DNA of 60,622 nucleotides from Pseudomonadota bacterium (GCA_039190005.1 JBCCYM010000004.1:1-60622), one strand, 5' to 3'. Positions 1 through 9,829 are shown, counted from the first letter of the stretch. A program made the numbers and translations. Notes: generated from the sequence alone by a model not told the origin.

Positions 1-211
1 GCAGGTGCCGCGCCAATCCTGCGTTCGCTAAACTTTACGCCATATATGGATGGGCTACCCATCTTTAGCGGGTACCACATCGCCTGCTCGAAATTCCTAT
101 TGAATAAAGATCATACAAAATCGCGCGCTGTCTTTTTAACTTATTGATTTAACAGAAATAATCTCAAAAGAGAAAATTTGATAAATACTAATTAGAATTC
201 GCCGACAGGCT
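1..211. repeat. Right part of a probable palindromic MITE-like element, cut by the window edge
   Basis: Nested inverted repeats: GCAGG(1-5)/CCTGC(~83-87), GCTAAA/TTTAGC, hairpin GATGGG-CTA-CCCATC. Ends in an IS-end-like GAATTCGCCGACAGGCT (195-211). No left end visible. Confidence 0.3.
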
Positions 212-323
212 TGAACAGCACACATGAGTTATTACTACCACTCTTTTGCTTATTTTGCTATGATTAGCTCACTTTGCTGGTAACTTTTTTACCAAAGCGG
301 CTTAGCCAGAGAGGAAAACTGAA

Positions 324-1169
324 ATGAAAAATTTATTAACGTTATTACTTTGTATTTTCCCGATAATACTTTTCAATGGGTGTAACAATACTAGCCATAC
401 TAACAGCCTTAAAGTAGGCGTGATGGCGGGACCCGAAGCTGAGTTGATGAAAGCGGCACAGCAAGTCGCTCAAGAACGCTATGGATTAAAGGTCAACATA
501 GTCACATTCTCTGATTATTCAATCCCGAATCGCGCGCTTGCTGAAGGTGATATTGACGCGAACTCATTTCAAAGTAAACCATTTCTCGATGCCGATGTAA
601 AAGCCCATGGCTATAAACTGGCGATTGCCGGCAAAACTTTTCTTTTCCCCCTCGGTGTCTATTCTGTCAAAATTAAAAACCTCGATCAGCTACCAATAAG
701 TGGTATCATCGCCATAGCTAGTGATCCCACTGATGAAAGTAGAGCATTGCTATTATTACAAAAAGCTGGTCTAATCAAATTACGACCAGGTGTTACGATC
801 ACAGCCACACCCAAGGATATTATTGCCAATCCAAAATATATAAAATTTATAGCGCTGGACGCGTCTAATCTACCACGCACCTTACAAGATGTCTCAGCAG
901 CTGTTATCAATAATAACTTTGCCGTCGCTGCCGGCTTCTCACTAAAAGATGCCATTTACAAGGAAAGCACCGATTCACTTTACACGAATTTGCTTGTGGT
1001 GCGGGCGGGTACAGAAAATGATCCGAGAATAAAAGAACTCTTGGCGGCAATACAATCACCACAAGTCGTTGCTAAAGCAAAAGAGATTTTTCATGGTGGC
1101 GCCATTCCAGGCTGGAACCAAGATAATGCCGAGACGATCAAACCAATGACAAGAAATAAACAGAAATGA
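324..1169 (+). CDS. metQ: MetQ/NlpA family methionine ABC transporter substrate-binding lipoprotein
   Basis: Lipobox (LFNGC); motifs FSDYSIPNRALAEGDIDANSFQ, IASDPTDESRALLLLQKAGLIKL; GAIPGW C-terminus typical of MetQ. Confidence 0.9.
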   Translation: MKNLLTLLLCIFPIILFNGCNNTSHTNSLKVGVMAGPEAELMKAAQQVAQERYGLKVNIVTFSDYSIPNRALAEGDIDANSFQSKPFLDADVKAHGYKLAIAGKTFLFPLGVYSVKIKNLDQLPISGIIAIASDPTDESRALLLLQKAGLIKLRPGVTITATPKDIIANPKYIKFIALDASNLPRTLQDVSAAVINNNFAVAAGFSLKDAIYKESTDSLYTNLLVVRAGTENDPRIKELLAAIQSPQVVAKAKEIFHGGAIPGWNQDNAETIKPMTRNKQK

Positions 1170-1282
1170 AAGAACTACTGGCAGCAATACAATCACCGCA
1201 AGTGGTTACTAAAGCAAAAGCAATTTTTCATGGTGGTATTCTTCCAGGTTGGAAGCATGATAAAGGTACACAGAAAGTTTGA
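1166..1282 (+). pseudogene. Diverged tandem duplicate of the metQ 3' end (38-codon mini-ORF)
   Basis: Reads MKELLAAIQSPQVVTKAKAIFHGGILPGWKHDKGTQKV*, versus KELLAAIQSPQVVAKAKEIFHGGAIPGWNQD in MetQ. Its ATG overlaps the metQ stop (ATGA). Confidence 0.7.
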
Positions 1283-1390
1283 TTTATAATCATTTTCACG
1301 ATTGTTTTCACAATACTATTTTTTAATATTTTTATATTGATATATTTCCATAGAATCATTTAACAAACCGTCTCTTTGCGTCGTCTAACC

Positions 1391-2716
1391 CTAACTATAA
1401 AAAAACAGTTTAATGGGGTAATACGTTTTGACAAAAAAAACAGTTATGATTGCTTTGAAAAGCATTGAAATAAGTATAGCAACAGACTCACCAACAATGC
1501 CAAAAAAATGAAGCAATGGTATGCTGATTATCACTAATACACATAATTCCGCTATTGCAATTTTTATCAATAACTTATGATGACCTGAAAAAGCCAGAAT
1601 AAGTGACGCTAAACGAGAGGCTAAGCCGGTAAGCGCACTTAAACATAGTATAACCAGCGCGTTTTCTGCGGCCAAATATGCTTTGCCGAAATGACCTAAT
1701 AACGCTTTAGAAAAAATGATTAGTATAATAAAAACAAGTATACCAATTGAGAAAGCAATCAGATTGGTTTTATTTATTAAATCTTGCAATTGTAATATGC
1801 CCGATTTGGATTTAATCAGCGAATTAATCCTTGGTTTAACAGCATTATAAACATTTTCACTAATGATAAACAGGACATCCGAAATTAATGAAGCAACCGC
1901 GAACAGAGCGGTGGCACCTTTTTGCGGATGGAAAATCGCGACCAAAAATAAACCGACTGCGCAAATAATAGTGAAAATAATATTATTTAATATTAAACCA
2001 TATGAAACTTCTTTCCAGTTCTTCTCATATTTTCGGTTGGTGAATTTTCTAGAATTAACAAAAAAAGATTTCAATTCTAGTGGCATTTTAGTCCAAAACG
2101 TTAAGACACCTATTAATATCAGTATCACATAAGTGGTCACCCAAGTAATTAAAACATGTATTGTTTCGAGTGTCGGACTAATGAGTGTGACAATAGTGAA
2201 AAAACATAAGAAAAAAAACAAATACCTGCCAATTCTATTCAGGAAGGTTGCTAAAAATATTGATCCTAGTGCAAAGAGATAACTGGATATTAGTACGGTA
2301 AATGCCAAAAATGGTGCAATTAACATGGCATAAACACTTAAATGATGCGTTGCGATCTGTTTGATATCCCACAGATGAAAAACAACCATAATAAATAAGA
2401 CGAATAACGTAAAAAACCAACCCATAAAAAACGTTTTGCTGATTACTTTTATATTCCAAAAAATATAATCATACGAAGTTGATATGTTTCGCGTGCTAAT
2501 ATACGTTGAAAAAAATCGCTGAGAGCTAGTATTTGTGCCAAGTAGCATGATAGTTGACAAAATTGTAATTACTTTTAGTGCAATGGATATTTCAGCGTAT
2601 AGTTCCATAGATGTATATCGTGCCACAAAAGCCGATAGACCATAGTTTAAAAAATAACCGCCAAATCCCATGGCAGTAAGTGTCGCACTGTTATAATAAT
2701 CTTTTTTTAGAGTCAT
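1391..2716 (-). CDS. Polytopic membrane protein, probable Wzx-like oligosaccharide flippase (MOP/MATE superfamily)
   Basis: About 12 hydrophobic segments; flippase-like layout (FVARYTSMELYAEISIALK, LLGHFGKAYLAAENALVILCL, LILAFSGHHKLL); AT-rich. Confidence 0.6.
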   Translation of the reverse strand: MTLKKDYYNSATLTAMGFGGYFLNYGLSAFVARYTSMELYAEISIALKVITILSTIMLLGTNTSSQRFFSTYISTRNISTSYDYIFWNIKVISKTFFMGWFFTLFVLFIMVVFHLWDIKQIATHHLSVYAMLIAPFLAFTVLISSYLFALGSIFLATFLNRIGRYLFFFLCFFTIVTLISPTLETIHVLITWVTTYVILILIGVLTFWTKMPLELKSFFVNSRKFTNRKYEKNWKEVSYGLILNNIIFTIICAVGLFLVAIFHPQKGATALFAVASLISDVLFIISENVYNAVKPRINSLIKSKSGILQLQDLINKTNLIAFSIGILVFIILIIFSKALLGHFGKAYLAAENALVILCLSALTGLASRLASLILAFSGHHKLLIKIAIAELCVLVIISIPLLHFFGIVGESVAILISMLFKAIITVFFVKTYYPIKLFFYS

Positions 2717-2900
2717 TCCAAATAAGTGTGTAAATCCCCACCCGCTTAAACATGAATTCTGTTTTCAAACTTGATCATAAACTGATTCATCGCAGAATTC
2801 CAGTCTCTAATGAGCATTGTCTATTTTTTTGAAATATCTTCAAATGCCAAACGATAACATGTTCAACAACTCAATCGCAAGCAAGGGAGATTTCTCATTT
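2710..2900 (-). mobile_element. IS256-family relic: right terminal inverted repeat plus decayed transposase C-terminus
   Basis: Minus strand reads AFEDISKK*TMLIRDWNSAMNQFMIKFENRIHV*, matching the IS256 motif KKWTMPIRDW with TGG>TAG. It is followed by the IS256-type end GAGTCATTCCAAATAAGTGTGTAAAT (2710-2735). Confidence 0.7.
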
Positions 2901-3003
2901 TAAAATGAAACTTTTTTAAGACAAAAAGCTATGAATTGAAACCCAAAACCAACTAAAAGACGTAAAAATCCACAACGAGATTGTCGCTTATACTGCTTCA
3001 CTT

Positions 3004-3120
3004 TTATTCTTTCTTCTTCATTCTATAAGCTTTAATGGTTTTGCCATCAAGATAAGCTGCAAGCTTAATAGCTTGGTGCTCATGATTTTGTAACGATAAG
3101 CACAAACATTTGATACTCAT
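3004..3120 (-). pseudogene. Truncated ribbon-helix-helix antitoxin-like remnant (38 codons)
   Basis: MSIKCLCLSLQNHEHQAIKLAAYLDGKTIKAY with upstream AGAGG RBS; resembles RHH antitoxins of the QHQSLKALAALQGKTIKQY type. Confidence 0.35.
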
Positions 3121-3249
3121 GAAATAATCCTCTAATTACTTTATCTCAAACTAAGTACAGCATAAAAGCATAAATATGCAAATCAGTTTTTTGATAGCAG
3201 TGATTTTGCTATTTAAAATTTCAATCTCTTTATTCGTATTTGAAAAGTC

Positions 3250-3534
3250 CTATAGACTCAATTTTGAATGAGATCCAAGACGAACAAGCTCTAAAGAATT
3301 TCTATCTGGTTTTCTATAGATTAATATCAGATCGGGTTTAATATGGCAGTCACGATGATCTTTCCATTCACCAATTAAAAAATGGTCATAATATCTTTTA
3401 GATAACACTATGTCTTGCGTAAGCATTGATACCACTTTTATAAGTTCCTTATCCAATGTTTTTTTATAAGCTCCAGATTTTAATTCTCGTTTGTAATCAC
3501 GTTTGAATTTGCTCGTGTGCTTAATCGTTCTCAT
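3250..3534 (-). CDS. yafQ: YafQ-family type II toxin (mRNA interferase)
   Basis: FKRDYKR, DHFLIGEWKDHRDCHIKPDLILIY and LVRLGSHSKL motifs. Confidence 0.9.
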   Translation of the reverse strand: MRTIKHTSKFKRDYKRELKSGAYKKTLDKELIKVVSMLTQDIVLSKRYYDHFLIGEWKDHRDCHIKPDLILIYRKPDRNSLELVRLGSHSKLSL

Positions 3535-3787
3535 TTAGATTTTTTATTAGGTCTTCTGGATTTTTTCCATCTATATTCAATTTTCCCTGACGCGCGGCTT
3601 TCATTGCCTCAATTGTTTCTTTGTTTGGAATGAGTGGATTAAAAGGTAAGGCTTTCTCTTTTGCAATACGTACCATAAGCATACGGAAAGCATCTGAAAC
3701 GGTTAGTCCCATAGCGGATAACACGGCAGCCGCTTCTTCTTTTATTTTGCCATCTATACGAGCACGTACTACTGAATTCTCAGACAT
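3521..3787 (-). CDS. dinJ: DinJ/RelB-family antitoxin
   Basis: VVRARIDGKIKEEAAAVLSAMGLTVSDAFRMLMVRIAKEKALPF; overlaps yafQ start. Confidence 0.9.
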   Translation of the reverse strand: MSENSVVRARIDGKIKEEAAAVLSAMGLTVSDAFRMLMVRIAKEKALPFNPLIPNKETIEAMKAARQGKLNIDGKNPEDLIKNLNEND

Positions 3788-3842
3788 TTATTTCACCTCT
3801 CAAATACGAGATATATCATATATCACAACATATATCCTGTAC

Positions 3843-3853
3843 CTACATTGTAG
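3843..3853. promoter_or_regulatory. Candidate DinJ operator palindrome
   Basis: CTACA-T-TGTAG about 55 bp upstream of dinJ; type II TA operons autoregulate through such sites. Confidence 0.35.
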
Positions 3854-3927
3854 CCCAATATAGTATTCATTACAAGATTTTCAAGTGAAAGAAATTGTTA
3901 TGGTTATTTTTTCAAATAGTGATATGA

Positions 3928-3977
3928 CTCTAAAAACCACAGTGGTCCCTGAGCCTGTCGATAAACTCAGGGACCAC
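3928..3977. repeat. Repeat: MITE-type left end plus collapsed hairpin of the CCCTGAGCCTGTCGAAGGG unit
   Basis: CTCTAAAAACC..GTGGTCCCTGAG-CCTGTCGATAAA-CTCAGGGACCAC, just downstream of the nrdB stop. Confidence 0.75.
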
Positions 3978-3987
3978 CCAAGTCTAT

Positions 3988-5103
3988 TTACTCATCGTCA
4001 TCATCATCCCAGCTTAAGGCACCACCGGTTTGATATTCAGTCACCCGTGTTTCAAAAAAGTTTTTCTCTTTTTTAAGGTCCATGATTTCACTCATCCACG
4101 GGAATGTGTTGGTGGCACCGGCGTATTGTTCTGGCAGACCAATTTGCACACAACGGCGATTGGCAATAAACTGCAAGTAACCTTTAAAACTACCGGCGTT
4201 CATGCCTAAAATACCATGCGGCATGGTATCAATGGCGTATTGGTACTCAAGATCAACGCCTTGATGAATCATATCGATGGCTTCTTGCTGAAATGCCTCG
4301 GTCCACAATTCAGGGTTTTCAATCTTGATTTGGTTGATCACATCAATACCAAAATTCAAGTGCATTGATTCATCACGCAAAATATATTGAAACTGTTCGG
4401 AAACACCTACCATTTTATTGCGACGTCCCATAGACAGTATCTGCGTAAACCCAACATAAAAGAAAATACCTTCAAAAACCACATAGAACGCGATCAGATC
4501 ACGCAACAAACGTTGGTTGGTTTCAAACGTACCGGTTCTGAAATTTGGATCGCCTAAGCTTTGAGTATACGGTAAGGCCCATGCCGCTTTCGTCGCGACC
4601 GATGGTAATTCACGATACATATTAAATACTTCAGCTTCATCCAAACCCAAACTTTGAATACAATACTGATAAGCGTGGGTGTGTATGGCTTCTTCAAACG
4701 CCTGACGCAACAGATATTGACGGCATTCAGGATTGGTAATATGACGATACACCGCCAAAACCAAATTATTCGCCACCAAAGAATCAGCGGTGGAAAAGAA
4801 TCCGAGATTACGTTTGACAATACGGCGTTCGTCTTCAGTGAGACCATTGGGATCACGCCATAAAGCGATATCCGCCGCCATGTTAATTTCCTGTGGCATC
4901 CAGTGATTGGCGCAACCGGTGAGATATTTATCCCAGGCCCACTCATATTTAAACGGCACTAATTGGTTCAGGTCGGCGCGGCAATTGATAATTTTTTTAT
5001 CATCAACCTGCAAACGCCCGGCCCCCATTTCCAACGACTCCAATCCTGTAGCGCCACCTTGATTATTTTCATCCCATTTCATAGTTGTTTCCGTAGAATT
5101 CAT
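3988..5103 (-). CDS. nrdB: Ribonucleotide reductase class Ia beta subunit
   Basis: [16 protein letters not shown] (radical Tyr), FEGIFFY, RDESMH iron ligands; [11 protein letters not shown]-terminus. Confidence 0.97.
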   Translation of the reverse strand: MNSTETTMKWDENNQGGATGLESLEMGAGRLQVDDKKIINCRADLNQLVPFKYEWAWDKYLTGCANHWMPQEINMAADIALWRDPNGLTEDERRIVKRNLGFFSTADSLVANNLVLAVYRHITNPECRQYLLRQAFEEAIHTHAYQYCIQSLGLDEAEVFNMYRELPSVATKAAWALPYTQSLGDPNFRTGTFETNQRLLRDLIAFYVVFEGIFFYVGFTQILSMGRRNKMVGVSEQFQYILRDESMHLNFGIDVINQIKIENPELWTEAFQQEAIDMIHQGVDLEYQYAIDTMPHGILGMNAGSFKGYLQFIANRRCVQIGLPEQYAGATNTFPWMSEIMDLKKEKNFFETRVTEYQTGGALSWDDDDDE

Positions 5104-5148
5104 GATTACCTCTTTTACATTAACATTTAATTACACTGCCTTCCATGA

Positions 5149-8028
5149 TTATTGACAAGCTTCACATTCTGGATCATCAATCGCGCACGCTTTTGGCGCG
5201 GTATTGACTTTCACCGCGTTCAAGGCACCGGTAGTGACTGTTGATTTTTCAGTACTACTCGCGCCTAGACTACGCATATAATAGGTTGTCTTTAAACCCG
5301 CTGTCCAGGCATGACGATACAGATTATCCAGTTTTTTACCAGAAGGATTTGCCATATATAAATTCAGTGATTGCGCTTGATCTATCCATTTTTGTCGTCG
5401 TGCCGCGCAATCCACTAAATATTTGGCATCCATTTCAAAGGCGGTCGCGTAAATCGCTTTTAAATCATCAGGGACGCGATCAATTTTCTGGACACTACCA
5501 TCATAATATTTCAGATCATTAATCATCACTTCATCCCATAAACCCACCGCTTTTAAATCTCTTATCAGATAAGGATTCACCACCGTGAACTCACCGGACA
5601 TGTTTGATTTAACATAGAGATTCTGATAAGTCGGTTCTATGGATTGCGACACACCACAAATATTGGAAATCGTCGCGGTCGGCGCGATAGCCAATACATT
5701 GGAATTACGCATTCCTTTTTTAACTTTTTCACGCAAGCTATCCCAATCCAGTGTTGAATCGGTATTGATATCTAAATATTGCGCCGGACGTTGTGATGTG
5801 ACGTTTTGTATCGAATCAAGCGGCATAATCCCCTGATTCCACAATGAACCGTCAAAGCTGGCATAACTGCCGCGCTCCTGTGCCAATTCGGCGGAAGCTT
5901 CAATGGCGTAATAGCTTACATACTCCTGATAACGATCGGCAAATTCTACCGCTTTAGTTGACGCGTAAGGAATACGTTTTTTATACAAGCAATCCTGAAA
6001 ACCCATCACGCCAAGACCAATAGGACGATGTTTCATATTGGAATTAAATGCCTGCGGTACGGTATAAAAATTGATGTTAATGACATTATCGAGCATACGA
6101 ATGGCGGTACGCACGGTGTTACGCAATCTTTCAACATCAAAACGATTATTGTCGTCCATGTGTTGCGGCAAATTAATACTGCCAAGATTACATACCGCAA
6201 TTTCTTCTTTAGACGTATTTAGCGTAATCTCTGTACATAAATTAGAACTATGTATCACCCCACAATGTTGTTGCGGCGAACGAAGATTACAAACATCTTT
6301 GAACGTTACCCAAGGATGCCCTGTTTCAAATAGCATCGACAATAATTTACGCCATAAATCTCTGGCAGCAACCACCTTATAGGTTTTTATTTCACCATGA
6401 CGTGCTTTCTCTTCATAAGCGATATACGCTTTCTCAAACGCCTTACCATATAAATCATGTAAGTCAGGCACTTCATTCGGTGAAAATAAGGTCCATGAAC
6501 CTTTTTCATGCACGCGCTGCATAAACAAATCATTTACCCAAGCGGCGATATTCATATCATGAGTACGTCGACGATCATCACCAGTGTTTTTTCGCAGCTC
6601 GAGGAAATCTTCAAAATCTTTATGCCAGATCTCTAAATAAGCGCAAACCGCGCCTTTACGTTTACCGCCTTGGTTGACCGCAATTGCTGTCGCGTCAGCG
6701 ACATTTAAAAAAGGTACCACACCTTGTGACTTACCATTGGTGCCGTGAATATGTGATCCCATCGCCCGCACTGGCGTCCAATCATTACCCAAGCCACCGG
6801 CGTATTTTGACAATAAGGCGTTATCTTTGATCGCGCCATAAATGCCATCAAGATCATCGGGCACTGTTGTCAAAAAACAACTGGAAAGTTGTGGGCGAAT
6901 TGTCCCGGCGTTAAAAAGTGTCGGTGTGGATGACATAAAATCAAAGCTGGAGAGTAAATTATAAAACTCAATGGCGCGCTCTTCTCTATCTTTTTCTTCC
7001 AACGCCAGCCCCATCGCCACACGCATGAAAAATGCTTGCGGCAAGGCATAGCGGGTGCCATGATGATGGAGAAAATAACGATCATAGAGTGTTTGCAAAC
7101 TCAGATAAGTAAACTGATGATCACGTTCCGGTTTGATTGCCGCAGCAATTTTATCTAAATCAAAATCTAACAATTTTTCACTGATGCGATTGAGTTCAAC
7201 ACCACGTTTAAGATAGGCTTTGAAATAGGTTGGATACAAATCAAACATTTGTATAAATGTCGCCTGGCTGCCTATACCGAGGAAATTCAAGGCTTCGCTA
7301 CGCAATTGATCCAACAACAATCGTGCGGTTACATAGCTGTAATCCGGATCTCTTTCAACCAGACTACGCGCGGTGATAATCAATGCCTTACTGATATCAC
7401 GTTCCGGCATCCGATCAAACAGGTTATGCGCCAACTGGTCTAAAATAAGCGCGTTATCCGCCGCTTTAAGACCATCACAGGCTTCATGAACCACTGTTTT
7501 AATACGTTGTTCATCAAGTGGCACTACTTGACCATCCGCCGCGACCACATTGAGTGATGGTGTCTCTGGCGCCGGTTTTGCCTGTTTTTCACGTTCTTTT
7601 TGCCGCTCCTCTCGGTACAACACATAGGTCCGCGCGACTTTCTGTTCACCGGCTCGCATCAAGGCTAATTCAACCTGATCCTGAATTTGCTCAATGCCTA
7701 TGGTACCATCAATTAATACCCGCTCCTTTAACACATCGGTAATCGCGGCGGTCATTTCCTCAACTTTGGCGTGAATGCTTTGCGAGGCTACCGCGTTATC
7801 ACCTTCAACCGCTAAAAAAGCTTTGGTCATAGCGACTCTGATTTTGTTTTCATCATAGGCAACCACATTGCCACGACGATTAATCACTTTTAACGGTTGC
7901 ACCACTGTTTGTGTTTTATCGTCTATGACTTCGTCAATAGTCTCAAAAACCGGTGTTTTTTGATCATTTTTTAACATCACTGATGCTGCTGATGTTGGTG
8001 TATTCATGTTTTTATTCTCCAATTTCAT
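5149..8028 (-). CDS. nrdA: Ribonucleotide reductase class Ia alpha subunit with two ATP-cone domains
   Basis: SSTPTLFNAG, SSNLCTEI, VCNLGSINL, IAPTATIS, GLKTTYY and C-terminal CxxxxxxCEACQ; two N-terminal cones (VINRRGNVV.., VVAADGQVV..). Confidence 0.97.
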   Translation of the reverse strand: MKLENKNMNTPTSAASVMLKNDQKTPVFETIDEVIDDKTQTVVQPLKVINRRGNVVAYDENKIRVAMTKAFLAVEGDNAVASQSIHAKVEEMTAAITDVLKERVLIDGTIGIEQIQDQVELALMRAGEQKVARTYVLYREERQKEREKQAKPAPETPSLNVVAADGQVVPLDEQRIKTVVHEACDGLKAADNALILDQLAHNLFDRMPERDISKALIITARSLVERDPDYSYVTARLLLDQLRSEALNFLGIGSQATFIQMFDLYPTYFKAYLKRGVELNRISEKLLDFDLDKIAAAIKPERDHQFTYLSLQTLYDRYFLHHHGTRYALPQAFFMRVAMGLALEEKDREERAIEFYNLLSSFDFMSSTPTLFNAGTIRPQLSSCFLTTVPDDLDGIYGAIKDNALLSKYAGGLGNDWTPVRAMGSHIHGTNGKSQGVVPFLNVADATAIAVNQGGKRKGAVCAYLEIWHKDFEDFLELRKNTGDDRRRTHDMNIAAWVNDLFMQRVHEKGSWTLFSPNEVPDLHDLYGKAFEKAYIAYEEKARHGEIKTYKVVAARDLWRKLLSMLFETGHPWVTFKDVCNLRSPQQHCGVIHSSNLCTEITLNTSKEEIAVCNLGSINLPQHMDDNNRFDVERLRNTVRTAIRMLDNVININFYTVPQAFNSNMKHRPIGLGVMGFQDCLYKKRIPYASTKAVEFADRYQEYVSYYAIEASAELAQERGSYASFDGSLWNQGIMPLDSIQNVTSQRPAQYLDINTDSTLDWDSLREKVKKGMRNSNVLAIAPTATISNICGVSQSIEPTYQNLYVKSNMSGEFTVVNPYLIRDLKAVGLWDEVMINDLKYYDGSVQKIDRVPDDLKAIYATAFEMDAKYLVDCAARRQKWIDQAQSLNLYMANPSGKKLDNLYRHAWTAGLKTTYYMRSLGASSTEKSTVTTGALNAVKVNTAPKACAIDDPECEACQ

Positions 8029-8092
8029 ATCATTTTATCCATGATTTAGGCAATTTAACTGCCTGAATCCAAACTAATTTCTGCCCTTTTTG

Positions 8093-8136
8093 CCCTTTCG
8101 ATCCTTCGACAGGCTCAGGGCAAGCAGGCTCAGGGG
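8093..8136. repeat. Self-nested REP-like unit
   Basis: CCCTTTCGA-TCCTTCGACAGGCTCAGGGCAAG-CAGGCTCAGGGG. Confidence 0.8.
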
Positions 8137-8171
8137 CTTTTTGGTCTAATATATCAACGCCATCAAAGCAA

Positions 8172-8187
8172 ACCCTATATATGGGGT
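8172..8187. promoter_or_regulatory. NrdR box upstream of nrdAB
   Basis: ACCCTATATATGGGGT: 16-bp near-palindrome resembling the NrdR consensus acaCwAtATaTwGtgt, about 145 bp upstream of nrdA. Confidence 0.7.
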
Positions 8188-8400
8188 TACAATGGCAACG
8201 CTGTAACAAGATAATGAGGTTGAGCAAAAAAATCAAGCAAAAATAATGGGGAAATATTGTGGATAAATTGTGAGCTATTTAAATAGCACCTGTCATCACT
8301 TAATTTACTAAAAACTATTTGCAATATTGCCATAAATGCGTTAGTGAGAATTTTTTAGTGATTATTAATAAAGGCAGTTATATAATGCATCATACAAATT

Positions 8401-8494
8401 AACAATCCAAGTAACATCACTGGATTCCGGTCTTTCGACCTTCCGACAAGCTCAGGGACCGTAAGCTCAGGAACTACCTGCGCTGGAATGACGG
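8401..8494. repeat. Hybrid repeat: ATTCCC-N8-GGGAAT-type REP arm interrupted by nested TTCGACAAGCTCAGGG units
   Basis: CTGGATTCCG..TTCGACCTTCCGACAAGCTCAGGGACCGTAAGCTCAGGAACTA-CCTGCGCTGGAATGACGG. Confidence 0.7.
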
Positions 8495-8522
8495 GAAAAC
8501 AAGAAAAATTTAGAGAAAGAAA

Positions 8523-9722
8523 GTGACTAAAAAAGCTACGTTAACACGGCAAGAAGTAAAAATCCTAGTTATTACCATTATAGTTGCCGCTTGCAGCATG
8601 TTAGGTATCGACATTCATTTGGCTTCCATGCCTCATATCATGCGCTACCTCCATACCGATAAAACTCACATGCAGCAATCGGTATCAATTTATCTTCTCG
8701 GTATGGGCGCTAGTTTATTTTTTTATGGTCCACTTTCTGATCGATATGGACGCAAGCCAATTGTAATATTTGGACTATCACTTGCAGCGTTAGCCAGTTA
8801 TGGCACCATGTTTACTCATACGATTGTTATGTTTCTATTTACTCGATTAATACAAGGGGTTGGTTCAAGTGTTTGTATTGGCGTAGTGCGTACTATTATT
8901 GTCGATGTGTTAAAAAAGCGAACGGCATTATATGCGTCATATTTTACCATGTTTCTCGGCTTATCGCCCTTGCTGGCGCCCGCCATTGGTGGTTATATCC
9001 AGCATGGTTTTGACTGGCAAGCCAATTTTTTTGTTTTAGGCTCAGTAATTGCCCTGGCTTTATTCGTTTATACTGTATTTTGTCCGGAAACTAATCATTA
9101 TAAAAACCCAGATGCCTGTAAGATAAAAACAATTTATCAAAACTATACATTTCTCCTTTGCCACAAAGTATTTATTGGCTGTACGCTGCTAGCTGGTATT
9201 GTCATGGCGGCTAATATGGCGTACGCGACTACAAGTTCTTTTATTCTACAAACACAATTCAATTTAACACCGATTATTTACGGCTGGACTACAAGTATTG
9301 TCGGTATTGGTACGATTATAGGTAAGTTTATAACACCGACAATCATCCATCGTTTTGGTCAACCTAAAACCGTGATCACTGGATTAGTTTTATTATTAAT
9401 TGCTGGTTTATGGTTAGTCCTTTTTATCCTATTTCGATCGATCAATGTCCCACTGATTATGATTGCTGTGATAGCAACATTACTGGCACAAGCATTTGTT
9501 GGGCCAACAATCGGATCAGCCGCCCTTACTCCTTTTCATGATAAAAGAGGCGCAGCTGGCGCATTCTATGGTGGTTTTCAATTGCTAGTGACTTTCTTAG
9601 GCAGCGCGATTATTGGTAGCTTTGCTCATGACGGGATATGGGTGCTGGCAATTGCTTATACTGTCCTTGGACTATTGGGATTAATTATTTATCGCTATGC
9701 CGTGATAAATAGTTTTGATTAA
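8523..9722 (+). CDS. MFS transporter, Bcr/CflA (DHA1) efflux type
   Basis: 12 TM pattern; IDIHLASMP, YGPLSDRYGRKP (motif A), FTRLIQGVG, LAPAIGGY. Confidence 0.88.
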   Translation: MTKKATLTRQEVKILVITIIVAACSMLGIDIHLASMPHIMRYLHTDKTHMQQSVSIYLLGMGASLFFYGPLSDRYGRKPIVIFGLSLAALASYGTMFTHTIVMFLFTRLIQGVGSSVCIGVVRTIIVDVLKKRTALYASYFTMFLGLSPLLAPAIGGYIQHGFDWQANFFVLGSVIALALFVYTVFCPETNHYKNPDACKIKTIYQNYTFLLCHKVFIGCTLLAGIVMAANMAYATTSSFILQTQFNLTPIIYGWTTSIVGIGTIIGKFITPTIIHRFGQPKTVITGLVLLLIAGLWLVLFILFRSINVPLIMIAVIATLLAQAFVGPTIGSAALTPFHDKRGAAGAFYGGFQLLVTFLGSAIIGSFAHDGIWVLAIAYTVLGLLGLIIYRYAVINSFD

Positions 9723-9827
9723 GCTAAAAACCGCGCTGTCCCCTGAGCCTAGCCGAAGGGCGGTCCCTTCGACCCTTCGACAGGCTCAGGGCAAGCAGGC
9801 TCAGGGACCGCTATGCTTTTAGGATTT
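9720..9827. repeat. MITE-like shell containing inverted and nested REP units
   Basis: TAAGCTAAAAACCGC..CCCTGAGCCTAGCCGAAGGG..CCCTTCGACCCTTCGACAGGCTCAGGGCAAGCAGGCTCAGGGACC..CTTTTAGGAT, between convergent MFS and recR. Confidence 0.8.
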
Positions 9828-9829
9828 AA

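Noticed and set aside
3988-5103. Possibility that NrdB is a Chlamydia-like class Ic (Mn/Fe) subunit
   Set aside because: It keeps the Asp ligand (TADS) and the radical Tyr (HTHAY), so it is ordinary class Ia.
8141-8160. Second NrdR box at the usual tandem spacing
   Set aside because: Best candidate (GTCTAATATATCAACG) matches only the central ATATAT; not supportable.
8030-8236. Track ORFs at 8030-8236, 3885-4076, 25516-25755, 36022-36210 and 55857-56075
   Set aside because: Repeat-derived or overlapping real genes; no coding signal beyond the repeat peptides.
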